Assembly (NCBI GenBank): GCA_946409545.1
Contig: CAMJWT010000001.1
Span: 71,483 to 135,482, forward strand
DNA length: 64,000 bases
Origin: an uncultured Clostridia bacterium
GTDB lineage: Bacteria > Bacillota_I > Bacilli_A > RF39 > UBA660
Reading direction: 5' to 3'
A program made the position numbers and the translations under genes. This document shows positions 46,728-56,928 of the stretch, in pieces (within the stretch, counting starts at the first letter, position 1; each line of letters starts with the position of its first letter). Below the pieces are notes generated by a model. The model was given only the letters and a program-made list of their open reading frames with translations, did not search any database and was not told where the DNA came from.

Positions 46728-49700
46728 TGATAGATGTTAATAAATTTGCTGCATTAAAAATAGGAATTGCATCTCCTGAAATGATTAGATCATGGAGTTA
46801 TGGTGAGGTTAAAAAACCTGAAACTATTAACTACCGTACATTACGTCCTGAACGTGATGGATTATTCTGTGAAAAAATCTTTGGACCAACTAAAGATTTT
46901 GAATGTGCCTGTGGTAAATACAAACGTGTTCGTTATAAGAACATCGTTTGTGACCGCTGTGGCGTTGAAGTAACAAGAAGTAAAGTACGTCGTGAACGTA
47001 TGGGTCATATTGAACTTGCTACACCTGTATCACATATTTGGTACTTTAAAGGTGTTCCATCTAGAATGGGTCTAGTTCTTGATATGTCACCACGTGACTT
47101 AGAGGAAGTATTATACTTTGTTAGTTATGTTGTAATTGATAAAGGTATTGCTCCACTTGAAAATAAGCAAACATTATCTGAAAAGGAATATCGTGCATAT
47201 TATGAAAAATATGGTGATGGTTTCAAAGTAGGTATGGGTGCTGAAGCTATCAAAGAATTATTAAAACAAGTTAATATTGAAGAAGAAATTAATAAGATTA
47301 AAGAAGAGCTTGAAGGTGCTCAAGGACAAAAACGTATTCGTTTAATTAAGAGACTTGATGTACTTAATGCTTTCTATCAATCTGATAATAAACCTGAATG
47401 GATGATTCTAGATTGTATTCCAGTAATACCTCCAGAATTACGTCCTATGATTCAACTAGATGGTGGAAGATTTGCAACAAGTGACTTAAACGATTTATAT
47501 CGTCGTGTTATTAACCGTAATAACCGTTTAAAGAAGTTAATTGATTTAAATGCTCCACAAATCATTATTCAAAATGAAAAACGTATGCTTCAAGAAGCAG
47601 TTGACTCATTATTTGACAATGGTAGACGTGGAAGAAGTGTCACTGGTGCGGGAAATCGTCCATTGAAATCACTTTCTAGTATGTTAAAAGGTAAACAAGG
47701 TCGTTTCCGTCAAAACTTATTAGGTAAACGTGTTGACTATTCAGGTCGTTCAGTTATCGTCGTTGGACCAGATCTTAAGATGTATCAATGTGGTATTCCA
47801 AAAGATATGGCTCTTGAGTTATTTAAACCACATGTTATTCATGCGTTAACAACAAGAAGAAAAGATAGTGCTGAACCAATTTGTTCAAATATTAAAGCTG
47901 CTAAACGTTTAATAGAAAATAAAGATCCTCAAGTATGGGATATTGTAGAAGATGTTATTAAAGAGCATCCAGTTCTATTAAACCGTGCGCCAACTTTACA
48001 TAGATTAGGTATTCAAGCATTTGAACCTATTCTAATTGGTGGTAAAGCAATTAGACTTCATCCACTTGTTTGTACAGCATTCAATGCTGACTTCGATGGT
48101 GACCAGATGGCTGTACATGTACCTCTATCTGAAGAAGCTATTGCAGAAGCTCGTTTATTAATGTTAGGTGCTAATAATATCCTACATCCAAAAGATGGAT
48201 CTCCAATTGTTACTCCATCACAAGATATGGTATTAGGTAATTATTACATAACAATGGAAAAAGCAGGATTAGAGGGTGAAGGTAGAGTATTTAAAAACTC
48301 TAACGAAGCTATTATGGCTTACGAAAGACGTGAGATTACGCTTCATACAAGAATCGCTGTTCCTGTTCGTTCATTTAAACATAAGTTATTTATTGAAGAA
48401 CAAAAAGATAAATATTTAGTAACAACTCCAGGTAAATTAATCTTTAATGAAATTTTACCAGATTCATTTGCGTTCATTAATGAACCAACTGATGAAAATA
48501 TTACAACAATGACACCAAACAAATATTTCTTAAATATGGGAGTTAATATTAAAGAAGAAATCGCTAAGATGCCTCTAGTTAAGCCTTTTGCTAAAGGAAC
48601 TCTAGAAAGTATCATTGCGCAAACATTCAAACGTTATAGAACTACAGAAACAAGTATCATGCTTGATAGACTAAAAGATTTAGGATTCAAGTATTCAACA
48701 CTTGCAGGTATCACTGTTTCTGCTGCTGATGTTAAAACTAGTGTTAAGAAAGGTGAAATCATTGCAAGTTCTAATAAACTTGTTGATACTGTTAATAAAC
48801 AATATACTCGTGGTTTAATAACTAATGAAGAACGTTATAATAAAGTAATTGAAATATGGAATAATGCTAAAGCTGAAGTTCAAAAAGAACTAGAAGTTTA
48901 TGCAAAAGAAGATGTTGATAATCCAATCTTCATGATGATGAACTCTAAAGCTCGTGGTAATATTTCTAACTTTACGCAACTTGCTGGTATGCGTGGCTTG
49001 ATGGCTAAACCAGATGGTACCCCAGTTGAAATCCCAGTTACATCTAACTTCGTAGAAGGACTATCTGTTGATGAATTCTTCTTATCAACACATGGTGCTC
49101 GTAAAGGATCTGCCGATACTGCTCTTAAGACAGCTGACTCAGGTTACTTAACAAGACGTTTAGTTGATGTAGCTCAAGATATTATTGTTAAGGAAGATGA
49201 TTGTGGCACTGATCAAGGTGTTATGGTTCATGCCTTCATTAATGATAAGAATGGTTCTGTAATTGAAAAATTATATGACCGTATTGTTGGTCGTTATGCA
49301 AGTAAACAAGTTGTTAATCCAAAGAATGGAAAAGTACTTGTTGAACGTAATGATTTAATTACTGAAAGTATTGCTGAAAAAATAGTAGATGCTGGTATTA
49401 CTGAAGTAGAAGTTCGTTCACTTCTTACATGTAACACACCAAATGGTGTATGTTGTAAATGTTATGGACGTAACCTTGCTACTGGAAATATCGTTGAAGT
49501 TGGTGAAGCTATTGGTGTTATGGCTGCTCAATCTATCGGTGAGCCAGGTACCCAATTAACAATGCGTACCTTCCATACTGGTGGTGTTGCTGGTGAAGAA
49601 GATATTACACAAGGTCTTCCTCGTGTACAAGAATTATTCGAAGCTCGTAACCCTAAAGGTAAAGCTACTATTGCGGAAATTTCAGGAAAAGTTACAAAAA

Positions 49701-50377
49701 TCACTGAAGATCATGGTAAGTTCAAGATCGTTGTTGAAAATAAATTAGAGACAAAAGAACATGTAACTAACTATGGATCTAAACTTCGTGTAGAAAAAGG
49801 TGATATGGTTGTTCCTGGTGATAAATTAACTGAAGGTGCTATTAGCCCTAAAGAATTATTAACCGTAACTGACCCACTTACTACACAAGAATATATCTTA
49901 AAAGAAGTACAAAACGCTTATCGTAGTCAAGGTGTTGAAATTTCTGATAAACACGTTGAAGTTATCGCTAAACGTATGATTGATAAGATTAGAGTTGTTG
50001 ATGGTGGAGACACATATTTACTTCCTGGTTCTCTTGTTAACTTCCATGAATTTACTGATGGAAATAAGAAGATTATCATTGAAGGTAAACGTCCTGCTAC
50101 TGGTGTACCAGTTCTATTTGGTATTACTAAAGCATCTCTTGGAACTGATTCCTTCTTATCAGCTGCTTCTTTCCAAGAAACAACACGTATCTTAACAGAT
50201 GCAGCTATTCGTGGTAAGACTGATAATTTAGTTGGTCTTAAAGAAAATGTTATCGTTGGTAAACTTATCCCTGCAGGAACTGGTATTAAAGCTTATCAAA
50301 AAGTTGATTATGATCTAGCTAACCAATTCGCAGAAGATGAACCAATGGAAGCACTTGAAAACGAATTTATGGAATAA
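46727..50377 (+). CDS. rpoC: DNA-directed RNA polymerase subunit beta'
   Basis: Zn-finger '[23 protein letters not shown]' and catalytic '[12 protein letters not shown]'. 1216 aa. Confidence 0.97.
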   Translation: MIDVNKFAALKIGIASPEMIRSWSYGEVKKPETINYRTLRPERDGLFCEKIFGPTKDFECACGKYKRVRYKNIVCDRCGVEVTRSKVRRERMGHIELATPVSHIWYFKGVPSRMGLVLDMSPRDLEEVLYFVSYVVIDKGIAPLENKQTLSEKEYRAYYEKYGDGFKVGMGAEAIKELLKQVNIEEEINKIKEELEGAQGQKRIRLIKRLDVLNAFYQSDNKPEWMILDCIPVIPPELRPMIQLDGGRFATSDLNDLYRRVINRNNRLKKLIDLNAPQIIIQNEKRMLQEAVDSLFDNGRRGRSVTGAGNRPLKSLSSMLKGKQGRFRQNLLGKRVDYSGRSVIVVGPDLKMYQCGIPKDMALELFKPHVIHALTTRRKDSAEPICSNIKAAKRLIENKDPQVWDIVEDVIKEHPVLLNRAPTLHRLGIQAFEPILIGGKAIRLHPLVCTAFNADFDGDQMAVHVPLSEEAIAEARLLMLGANNILHPKDGSPIVTPSQDMVLGNYYITMEKAGLEGEGRVFKNSNEAIMAYERREITLHTRIAVPVRSFKHKLFIEEQKDKYLVTTPGKLIFNEILPDSFAFINEPTDENITTMTPNKYFLNMGVNIKEEIAKMPLVKPFAKGTLESIIAQTFKRYRTTETSIMLDRLKDLGFKYSTLAGITVSAADVKTSVKKGEIIASSNKLVDTVNKQYTRGLITNEERYNKVIEIWNNAKAEVQKELEVYAKEDVDNPIFMMMNSKARGNISNFTQLAGMRGLMAKPDGTPVEIPVTSNFVEGLSVDEFFLSTHGARKGSADTALKTADSGYLTRRLVDVAQDIIVKEDDCGTDQGVMVHAFINDKNGSVIEKLYDRIVGRYASKQVVNPKNGKVLVERNDLITESIAEKIVDAGITEVEVRSLLTCNTPNGVCCKCYGRNLATGNIVEVGEAIGVMAAQSIGEPGTQLTMRTFHTGGVAGEEDITQGLPRVQELFEARNPKGKATIAEISGKVTKITEDHGKFKIVVENKLETKEHVTNYGSKLRVEKGDMVVPGDKLTEGAISPKELLTVTDPLTTQEYILKEVQNAYRSQGVEISDKHVEVIAKRMIDKIRVVDGGDTYLLPGSLVNFHEFTDGNKKIIIEGKRPATGVPVLFGITKASLGTDSFLSAASFQETTRILTDAAIRGKTDNLVGLKENVIVGKLIPAGTGIKAYQKVDYDLANQFAEDEPMEALENEFME

Positions 50378-50380
50378 TTA

Positions 50381-50408
50381 AAGATTGAGTTTAACTCAAT
50401 CTTTTTTT
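50381..50408 (+). terminator. rho-independent terminator after rpoC
   Basis: Stem aagattgag/ctcaatctt followed by T7. Confidence 0.55.
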
Positions 50409-50441
50409 GTGGTAAAATTAATATGAGAATAAGGAGAGTGT

Positions 50442-51611
50442 ATGAAAAATATAAAGGATTTTGATTTAAATAACAAAAAGGTAATTATAAGAGTAGACTT
50501 TAATGTACCTATGAAAGATGGTGTGATTACTGACGATAATCGTATTGTATCAAGTTTGGAAACAATTAATTATGCCATTAATAATGGAGCTAAAGTAATT
50601 CTTATGTCACACTTAGGTAGAGTTAAAGAAGAAAGTGATAAAGAAAAGAATACTTTATTACCAGTAGCTGAAAAGTTATGTAAGATATTAGATAAAAATG
50701 TTTATTTCTCTCATTATACAAGAGGAGAAAAATTAGAAAGTGCTATTAATAATTTAAAACCAGGAGAAGTTTTATTAATGGAGAATACTCGTTATGAAGA
50801 CTTAGATGGTAAAAAAGAAAGTGGTAATGACCCTGAGTTAGGTAAATATTGGGCATCTCTTGGAGATATCTTCATTAATGATGCTTTTGGAACCTGTCAT
50901 AGAGCTCATGCATCTAATGTTGGTATTGCGTCATATCTTCCAAGTGGTGTTGGTTTCTTAGTTCAAAAGGAATTAGATAATATGTTACCAGTTATTAATA
51001 ATCCTGAATATCCGTTTGTTGTTATTTTAGGTGGAGCTAAAGTAAGTGATAAGATTGGTATTATTGAAAATTTAATTGATAAAGTAGATAAAATCTTAAT
51101 TGGTGGCGGAATGGCTTATACCTTCCTAAAAGCTAAAGGATTAAATGTTGGTAATTCCTTAGTAGAAGAAGAAAAACTTGATTATTGTAAAGACTTACTT
51201 AAAAAGACGAATAAAATTGTTCTTCCAATCGATCATGTATGTTCTAAAGAAATAGGTGGAGAAGCAGTAACAAAAGGATTCCTTGATAAAGATGATATTG
51301 GCTTAGATATTGGACCTGAAACTGTTAGTATTTTTGAAGCTTATATTAAATCTGCTAAGACCATTGTATGGAATGGACCATTAGGAGTTTGTGAAAATCC
51401 ATTGTATACAAACGGAACAATTGGTGTTTGTAAGTTATTAGATAAGAATAACGCTAAGATTATTGTAGGTGGTGGTGATACAGCAGCTGCTGTTATTTCC
51501 CTAGGTTATAAAGATAATGTAACGCATATATCAACAGGTGGTGGAGCATCTCTTGAATTATTAGAAGGAAAAGAATTACCTGGAGTAGCTATTATTGGCA
51601 AGGTGCAATAA
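50442..51611 (+). CDS. pgk: Phosphoglycerate kinase
   Basis: 'RVDFNVP...' N-terminal motif and '[12 protein letters not shown]' C-terminal motif. Confidence 0.95.
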   Translation: MKNIKDFDLNNKKVIIRVDFNVPMKDGVITDDNRIVSSLETINYAINNGAKVILMSHLGRVKEESDKEKNTLLPVAEKLCKILDKNVYFSHYTRGEKLESAINNLKPGEVLLMENTRYEDLDGKKESGNDPELGKYWASLGDIFINDAFGTCHRAHASNVGIASYLPSGVGFLVQKELDNMLPVINNPEYPFVVILGGAKVSDKIGIIENLIDKVDKILIGGGMAYTFLKAKGLNVGNSLVEEEKLDYCKDLLKKTNKIVLPIDHVCSKEIGGEAVTKGFLDKDDIGLDIGPETVSIFEAYIKSAKTIVWNGPLGVCENPLYTNGTIGVCKLLDKNNAKIIVGGGDTAAAVISLGYKDNVTHISTGGGASLELLEGKELPGVAIIGKVQ

Positions 51612-52324
51612 TGAAAATCCTTGGTTTCAATTTAAAAATGAATCTCCTTCCCCATGAAATAGATGATTATATCAAGGAAATAAAAAAGAATAAGTTAGAT
51701 AATACTATTTTCTTTCCATCCATCATTTATATTGAGAAATTTAATAATAATCAAATAACTGTTGGCTCCCAAGATATCGCTTTTAATAAAAATGGAGCTT
51801 ATACAGGGGATGTATCTATTTATCAATTAAAAGAATTAGGTATTAAATATAGTATTGTTGGCCATTCTGAAAGACGAGCTAATTATTATGATGATCGTTA
51901 CGTTAATAAAAAAATCAAACTATGTATTGATAATGATGTAACCCCATTATTATGTGTTGGTGAATCTGGTGATGAAAATAGTAAAAATGAAACATATTAC
52001 ATATGTATAGATGAAATCAATAAAGCTTTTGTTGGCAATGATAATTTAGATAAAGTTATCTTAGTTTATGAACCAATATGGGCTATTGGCAGTGGAAAAA
52101 CACCAACTAATGATTTTATTGACGAAATTGTTTCTAATATAAAAAAATACGTGTATAATAAATATGGAGTTAAGTTGAAAGTACTATATGGTGGAAGTGT
52201 AAGTGATGAAAATATTTCAAAACTTATCCAGATAGATAGTGTTGATGGTTTTTTAGTAGGTGGAAGTTCACTAAAGACAGAATCTATTAAAAAAATGATT
52301 GATATTGTAGGGGAGAATAGGTAA
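51611..52324 (+). CDS. tpiA: Triosephosphate isomerase
   Basis: Has 'VGHSERR' and 'YEPIWAIGSGKT'. ATGA overlap with pgk. Confidence 0.9.
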   Translation: MKILGFNLKMNLLPHEIDDYIKEIKKNKLDNTIFFPSIIYIEKFNNNQITVGSQDIAFNKNGAYTGDVSIYQLKELGIKYSIVGHSERRANYYDDRYVNKKIKLCIDNDVTPLLCVGESGDENSKNETYYICIDEINKAFVGNDNLDKVILVYEPIWAIGSGKTPTNDFIDEIVSNIKKYVYNKYGVKLKVLYGGSVSDENISKLIQIDSVDGFLVGGSSLKTESIKKMIDIVGENR

Positions 52325-52812
52325 TGAAGAAAAAACGTCATCAAAAAGGAATAAAAGATAGAATTACAAGATTTAAAAGAAGAAAAGACAAAGAAAAGCG
52401 TAAACAAGAACGAATTTATTCTAATGTGTTACTAAAAATGATTGATATGTATGAGCCAAATGGTGAGGATTGGATGGGCTTTAAGCTTACAGACAATAAT
52501 ACATATACTTTCCATCACATTCGCGAAAGAAGAGTTGGTGGTAAAGAAGAACTTGAGAATGGTGCTATTTTAACCCATTTTGGTCATCAATTTTTAAATC
52601 ATCTTGATTCTCATAACAAAAGAGCTTATAACGATTATCAAGCAATTTTTAGAAGAATTAATAAATCTCGTGGACCTATTGATGATGATTTAAGAGAAGA
52701 TATCTATGGTATGATGTTAGATACCTTCTACTATAATGAATATGGTTTATCTAAAGAAGTATTACAGTATTATGAACCATTTCTTGAAAAACCTAAAGTT
52801 AAAAAATTGTAA
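52324..52812 (+). CDS. HNH-like nuclease-family protein (no zinc-binding Cys pairs), translationally coupled to tpiA
   Basis: Has 'YTFHHIRERRVGGKEELENGAILTHFGHQFLNH', an H-H..GG..N..H..H pattern. Very basic N-terminus. TAATG overlap with the tpiA stop. Confidence 0.4.
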   Translation: MKKKRHQKGIKDRITRFKRRKDKEKRKQERIYSNVLLKMIDMYEPNGEDWMGFKLTDNNTYTFHHIRERRVGGKEELENGAILTHFGHQFLNHLDSHNKRAYNDYQAIFRRINKSRGPIDDDLREDIYGMMLDTFYYNEYGLSKEVLQYYEPFLEKPKVKKL

Positions 52813-52846
52813 AGAGTAATCTTTAATGTAGTTTATAAGAGGAAAA

Positions 52847-53548
52847 ATGAAAAATATTTTATTGTTATCAAATGATAGCAGTTTTATGGAATCTTTTAAA
52901 GACTATGTTAAAGATAACTCTTTTTTTAAATTTAGTTTTAATAATTCCATAAAAAAAATAGTAATTAATAATTATGATTTAATAATAATTGACTATTTTA
53001 TGAGTGAATATGATGGATATGATTATTTAAAGATAATTAATAATAAAATAAAGGTTATTATTTTACTCCCTTATTATATAGATGATGTAATTAAAATGAT
53101 TTCATCTTTTAATATTTCTTATATCTTAATAAAACCTATAATTTTTTCTAATTTATTAGATAAAATTGATATTATTTGTAATAATAAAAGAAATTATAAA
53201 GAGGTTATCGATAAAGAGATTCTTAAATTATTTAGTTTTTTAGGTTTATCTTTTAAATATCGAGGTGTTTATTTATTATATAGAACAATTTTTCTTGTTA
53301 TTAATGATAATGTCCCGATTAATATAGATTTATATAATATTTTATCTAAAGAATGTGGCGATACTAAAGAGTCAATAGAACGAAATATTAGATATTCAAT
53401 TCAAGTATCTTGCTCAAGAATGAGTCCATCCATTATAGATGAATTCTTTGGTAATATTTATAATCAATATACTGGTTTAATAGGAAATCTAGAATTTATA
53501 AATGTTATTGTTAAAAATATAATAATTATGATAAATAAAAAAGACTAA
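52847..53548 (+). CDS. Spo0A-like response regulator with a partly degenerate receiver domain
   Basis: C-terminal 'GLSFKYRGVYLLYRTIFLV.NDNV...LYNILSKECGDTKESIERNIRYSIQVSCSRMS' matches the Spo0A_C pattern G-x-P-x-x-IKGY-YL..AI....ND...TK.LY..IAK....T.SRVERAIRHAIEVAWSR. The N-terminus resembles a receiver, with 'DLIIIDYFMSEYDG' and 'ILIKP', but has N-D-S in place of the acidic D-D pair. Confidence 0.5.
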   Translation: MKNILLLSNDSSFMESFKDYVKDNSFFKFSFNNSIKKIVINNYDLIIIDYFMSEYDGYDYLKIINNKIKVIILLPYYIDDVIKMISSFNISYILIKPIIFSNLLDKIDIICNNKRNYKEVIDKEILKLFSFLGLSFKYRGVYLLYRTIFLVINDNVPINIDLYNILSKECGDTKESIERNIRYSIQVSCSRMSPSIIDEFFGNIYNQYTGLIGNLEFINVIVKNIIIMINKKD

Positions 53549-53553
53549 TATTA

Positions 53554-54822
53554 TTAGTCTTTTAATTTTATTTTTCCACTTGCAAGTTTTCTTTTATAGA
53601 ATGAATATATTAATGGATTAATAACTAAATCTAATTCACCAATATATTCAATAATTGAAGAATTATATCCACTTTTATTCTTAATTGCTCCAAAGTATTT
53701 ACTTGCCTTATTAAAGTTACCAGGAACAGATCCTAAATCAATGTATGAATACCCTTTTTTACCATAATATTTCATTATTTCATATGTTGTTAATGGTAAT
53801 GCATTTAAATTTTTATGTTCAGGTACAACATAATTAGAAACAATTGTTGCTCCTTTACCACTAGTTATAACTAGTGCTGCTCCAATAATTAAACCATCAG
53901 GATTATTTCTAATTAGATTCATAGAAATACTTAGATTACTTTTTAATTCAGCAAGTTTTTTATCAGATTCAATTTTGTCATTTATTACAAGTTGCATATT
54001 ATATTTTCTAGCATCAGACTCGGAAATAATATTAGCTAAACTATTATTTTTTTCTATTTCTGCACTATAAAGTTTATTAATATTCTCAGTATACTTTTGT
54101 GTATCTAAGAAAGTAAAAAAGATTTGTGCATTATCTGTTTCATCAAAAACATTAAATAATGTTTTAATAAACTTAACATTTTTTCCTTTTATTATTCTTT
54201 TGGTAACATCTAAGAAAAAGTTAATATCATTTTTAGAATCAGGAATTACTGTTAATGCTTTCTTTTGATCTAGAGTTATTTCTTCTTGTCTCTCTTTAGA
54301 GAATGACATAAATAATGTTTGAGGATTTGGATCTAATTTTGCATAAGAAGAAAATCTTGGTAACATATTTTCATTATATAAGTTAAATCCCATATGTTCG
54401 TAACTGTTTTTCTTAAAATTTCTAAGAATTTCTTTAGATGATTCACTATCTACTTCGTTATCTCCTAAAGAATCATATTTACGATAAATAATAGGGGGAT
54501 CTATTTTTATAAAAATAAATTTTTGTTTCTTTAATAATCTTTTTAATGCCTCTGTCAATTGTCTACAAAGTGATAGATCAGAATAATCTATTAAGAATCC
54601 TCGTGGTGCGTAAGCATATTTATAGCCCCACAAGATTTCTTTATAAACTAGCATTGAAGCTCCAACAATAACGCCATTATCTTTGAATCCTAAATAGTGT
54701 ATATCATATCCTTCTAGTTCTGCCTTTAGATTAGCATAATTAGATGTTTGACAATATGATGCATACTTATGATTAAGTGAGTACTGATCAAATTCTTCTT
54801 TAGATAAAGTAATTATTCTCAT
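53554..54822 (-). CDS. FemAB-family peptidoglycan branch aminoacyl-transferase
   Basis: 422 aa. Has the FemABX two-GNAT-lobe layout with a central coiled-coil insertion. Confidence 0.7.
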   Translation of the reverse strand: MRIITLSKEEFDQYSLNHKYASYCQTSNYANLKAELEGYDIHYLGFKDNGVIVGASMLVYKEILWGYKYAYAPRGFLIDYSDLSLCRQLTEALKRLLKKQKFIFIKIDPPIIYRKYDSLGDNEVDSESSKEILRNFKKNSYEHMGFNLYNENMLPRFSSYAKLDPNPQTLFMSFSKERQEEITLDQKKALTVIPDSKNDINFFLDVTKRIIKGKNVKFIKTLFNVFDETDNAQIFFTFLDTQKYTENINKLYSAEIEKNNSLANIISESDARKYNMQLVINDKIESDKKLAELKSNLSISMNLIRNNPDGLIIGAALVITSGKGATIVSNYVVPEHKNLNALPLTTYEIMKYYGKKGYSYIDLGSVPGNFNKASKYFGAIKNKSGYNSSIIEYIGELDLVINPLIYSFYKRKLASGKIKLKD

Positions 54823-54961
54823 CTCGACACCTCTACTATATTATACTTAAATTATTAATTTATATCAATAAAAAAAGAACTTTTATAATAGTGATAAACA
54901 CTTAATTTTTTTTTATTAATGTGGTATATTATAATAGATATTTCAAATTGAAGGTGGTTGT

Positions 54962-56182
54962 ATGAAAAAAAATAATTTTATTACAAGATTTTTCTCTAAT
55001 ATAAAGAAAAGTATTACAAAAAGTAAGAATAAGTTCACTATTATCGAAGTATTATCATTTATGGTTGTATCATTTGCTTTAGGTTTAATAGCAGGTGGTA
55101 TCATAATGTATGGAAAAGGTAAATTTAATGGTGAAATATCTTCTTCATTAGATGAATTTATTGCAACATATAATGATATTTTAAATAATTACTATGAACC
55201 TGTTGATGGTGATAAACTATTAGAAGCTGGTATTAATGGAATGGTTAATTATTTAGGTGATCCATATTCAACGTATTATACACCAGAACAATCACAAGAA
55301 TTCAATGAATATTTAGATGGTAAATTCTGTGGTATTGGATCAGAAATCCAAATTGATAATGAATCTGGTTATATTAAATTAGTTAAAGTATATGAAAATA
55401 GTCCAGCTGCTAAAGCAGGTTTAAAAGATAATGATTTATTAATTAAAGTTGATGGAGTAGATATTAAAGGAAAAGCTTTATCTGATGTTACTGCTATTGT
55501 TAAAGGAGAACAAGGAACAGTTGTTAAATTAACAGTAAGACGTGATAATAAAGATTTTGGCGTTGAAGTAACAAGAGATTTTGTTGATATAATTAGTGTT
55601 CAAGGAGAAATAATTGAACTTCAAGGTAAAAAGATAGGTTATATCGATGTTGCTATTTTTGCTGAAAATACTGATGTTCAATTTGAAAAAGAGTTAAAGA
55701 AATTAGAAGAAGAAAAGATTGATGCCTTAATTATTGATTTAAGAAGCAATACAGGTGGTCATTTAAAGACAGTTACTAATATGATTTCCTTATTTATTAA
55801 AAAAGGTGAAGTTATATATAAATTAAAAACAAAAGAAGTAGTAGAAGACTTTAAAGATCTAACAGAAGAACATCGTGAGTACCCAATAGCAATCTTAATA
55901 AATGAGATTAGTGCATCTGCAAGTGAAGTCTTTACAGCAGCCCTAAAAGAACAATATGGAGCTTTAGTAATAGGTGCAACTTCATATGGTAAAGGTAAGG
56001 TTCAAAAATCATATCAATTATCTAGTGGGGCCATGATTAAATTTACATATCAAGAATGGTTAACACCAAAAGGTGATTATATTGATGGAAAAGGTATTGA
56101 ACCTGATATTAAAATAGAATATAAACAAGAAAAGGAAAGAGATTCACAATTAAATAGAGCCCTTCAAGAATTGGTAAAGTAA
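54962..56182 (+). CDS. ctpA: S41 family C-terminal processing peptidase
   Basis: N-terminal TM helix. PDZ region 'KAGLKDNDLLIKVDGVDIKG'. Catalytic 'ILINEISASASEVF'. Confidence 0.8.
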   Translation: MKKNNFITRFFSNIKKSITKSKNKFTIIEVLSFMVVSFALGLIAGGIIMYGKGKFNGEISSSLDEFIATYNDILNNYYEPVDGDKLLEAGINGMVNYLGDPYSTYYTPEQSQEFNEYLDGKFCGIGSEIQIDNESGYIKLVKVYENSPAAKAGLKDNDLLIKVDGVDIKGKALSDVTAIVKGEQGTVVKLTVRRDNKDFGVEVTRDFVDIISVQGEIIELQGKKIGYIDVAIFAENTDVQFEKELKKLEEEKIDALIIDLRSNTGGHLKTVTNMISLFIKKGEVIYKLKTKEVVEDFKDLTEEHREYPIAILINEISASASEVFTAALKEQYGALVIGATSYGKGKVQKSYQLSSGAMIKFTYQEWLTPKGDYIDGKGIEPDIKIEYKQEKERDSQLNRALQELVK

Positions 56183-56183
56183 T

Positions 56184-56921
56184 ATGAAAGAAAGTGAAAT
56201 CCTTGAAAAGATAGGCTATAAAGGTGAATATACAAAAGAAGTTAAAAAGAAGTTAAAAGAATTGCTTAAAAAGTATCACCCTGATCATTATAAAGGAAGT
56301 GATGATACTTTTAAGACAATTAATAAAGTTAAAAAAGATCTAGAATCTGGAAAAAAATTAAATTATAATATTCCAAAGAAAGAGAGTAATACTAAGAATG
56401 TTAGTTCAGATGATTATATATGGTATTTAAATAAAATAGATGAATTAACAAGAAAAAAAGAATCGTTAATTAAATTAAAAGATGAAAAGCAAAAAACATT
56501 ATTTGCATTACAAGATAAATATCGTGTTGAATACGATATTGATATTAAAAATCGTGATGTTGAAAATGATAATTCTAATGATATGCTTTATCTTCACGAA
56601 AATAGACAATTATTATATATGATTTTAACAGTAATAATTTTAATAACAATCGCTTTTATCTTTATGAAAATATATTATCCAATAATTGTTCTAGTAGTTC
56701 TTATGATTTTATTAATAGTTAAAATAGTTGATATACATAAGAATATCAAAGAAAATATTGATGATAATAAAAAAGTATTAGATAAAAGTCGAAATAGTTT
56801 TAAAAAAATTAATGTTATCAACAAAGAAATAAATAATTTATACCGTGAAATATGGGAAATAGATTGTGAAATAGGAAGATTAACGACAAAAATTAATTTA
56901 TATTACAATCATTTAAAGTGA
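56184..56921 (+). CDS. J-domain (DnaJ-like) membrane protein
   Basis: Has 'LKELLKKYHPDHYKGSDDTFKTINKVKKDL', which contains the HPD motif. Two TM helices. Coiled-coil C-terminus. Confidence 0.55.
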   Translation: MKESEILEKIGYKGEYTKEVKKKLKELLKKYHPDHYKGSDDTFKTINKVKKDLESGKKLNYNIPKKESNTKNVSSDDYIWYLNKIDELTRKKESLIKLKDEKQKTLFALQDKYRVEYDIDIKNRDVENDNSNDMLYLHENRQLLYMILTVIILITIAFIFMKIYYPIIVLVVLMILLIVKIVDIHKNIKENIDDNKKVLDKSRNSFKKINVINKEINNLYREIWEIDCEIGRLTTKINLYYNHLK

Positions 56922-56928
56922 GGCATTT

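Noticed and set aside
52324-52812. HNH gene as evidence of a mobile element or group I/II intron
   Set aside because: There is no flanking integrase or transposase, no inverted or direct repeats, and no intron-like RNA structure. An HNH motif alone does not support calling a mobile element.
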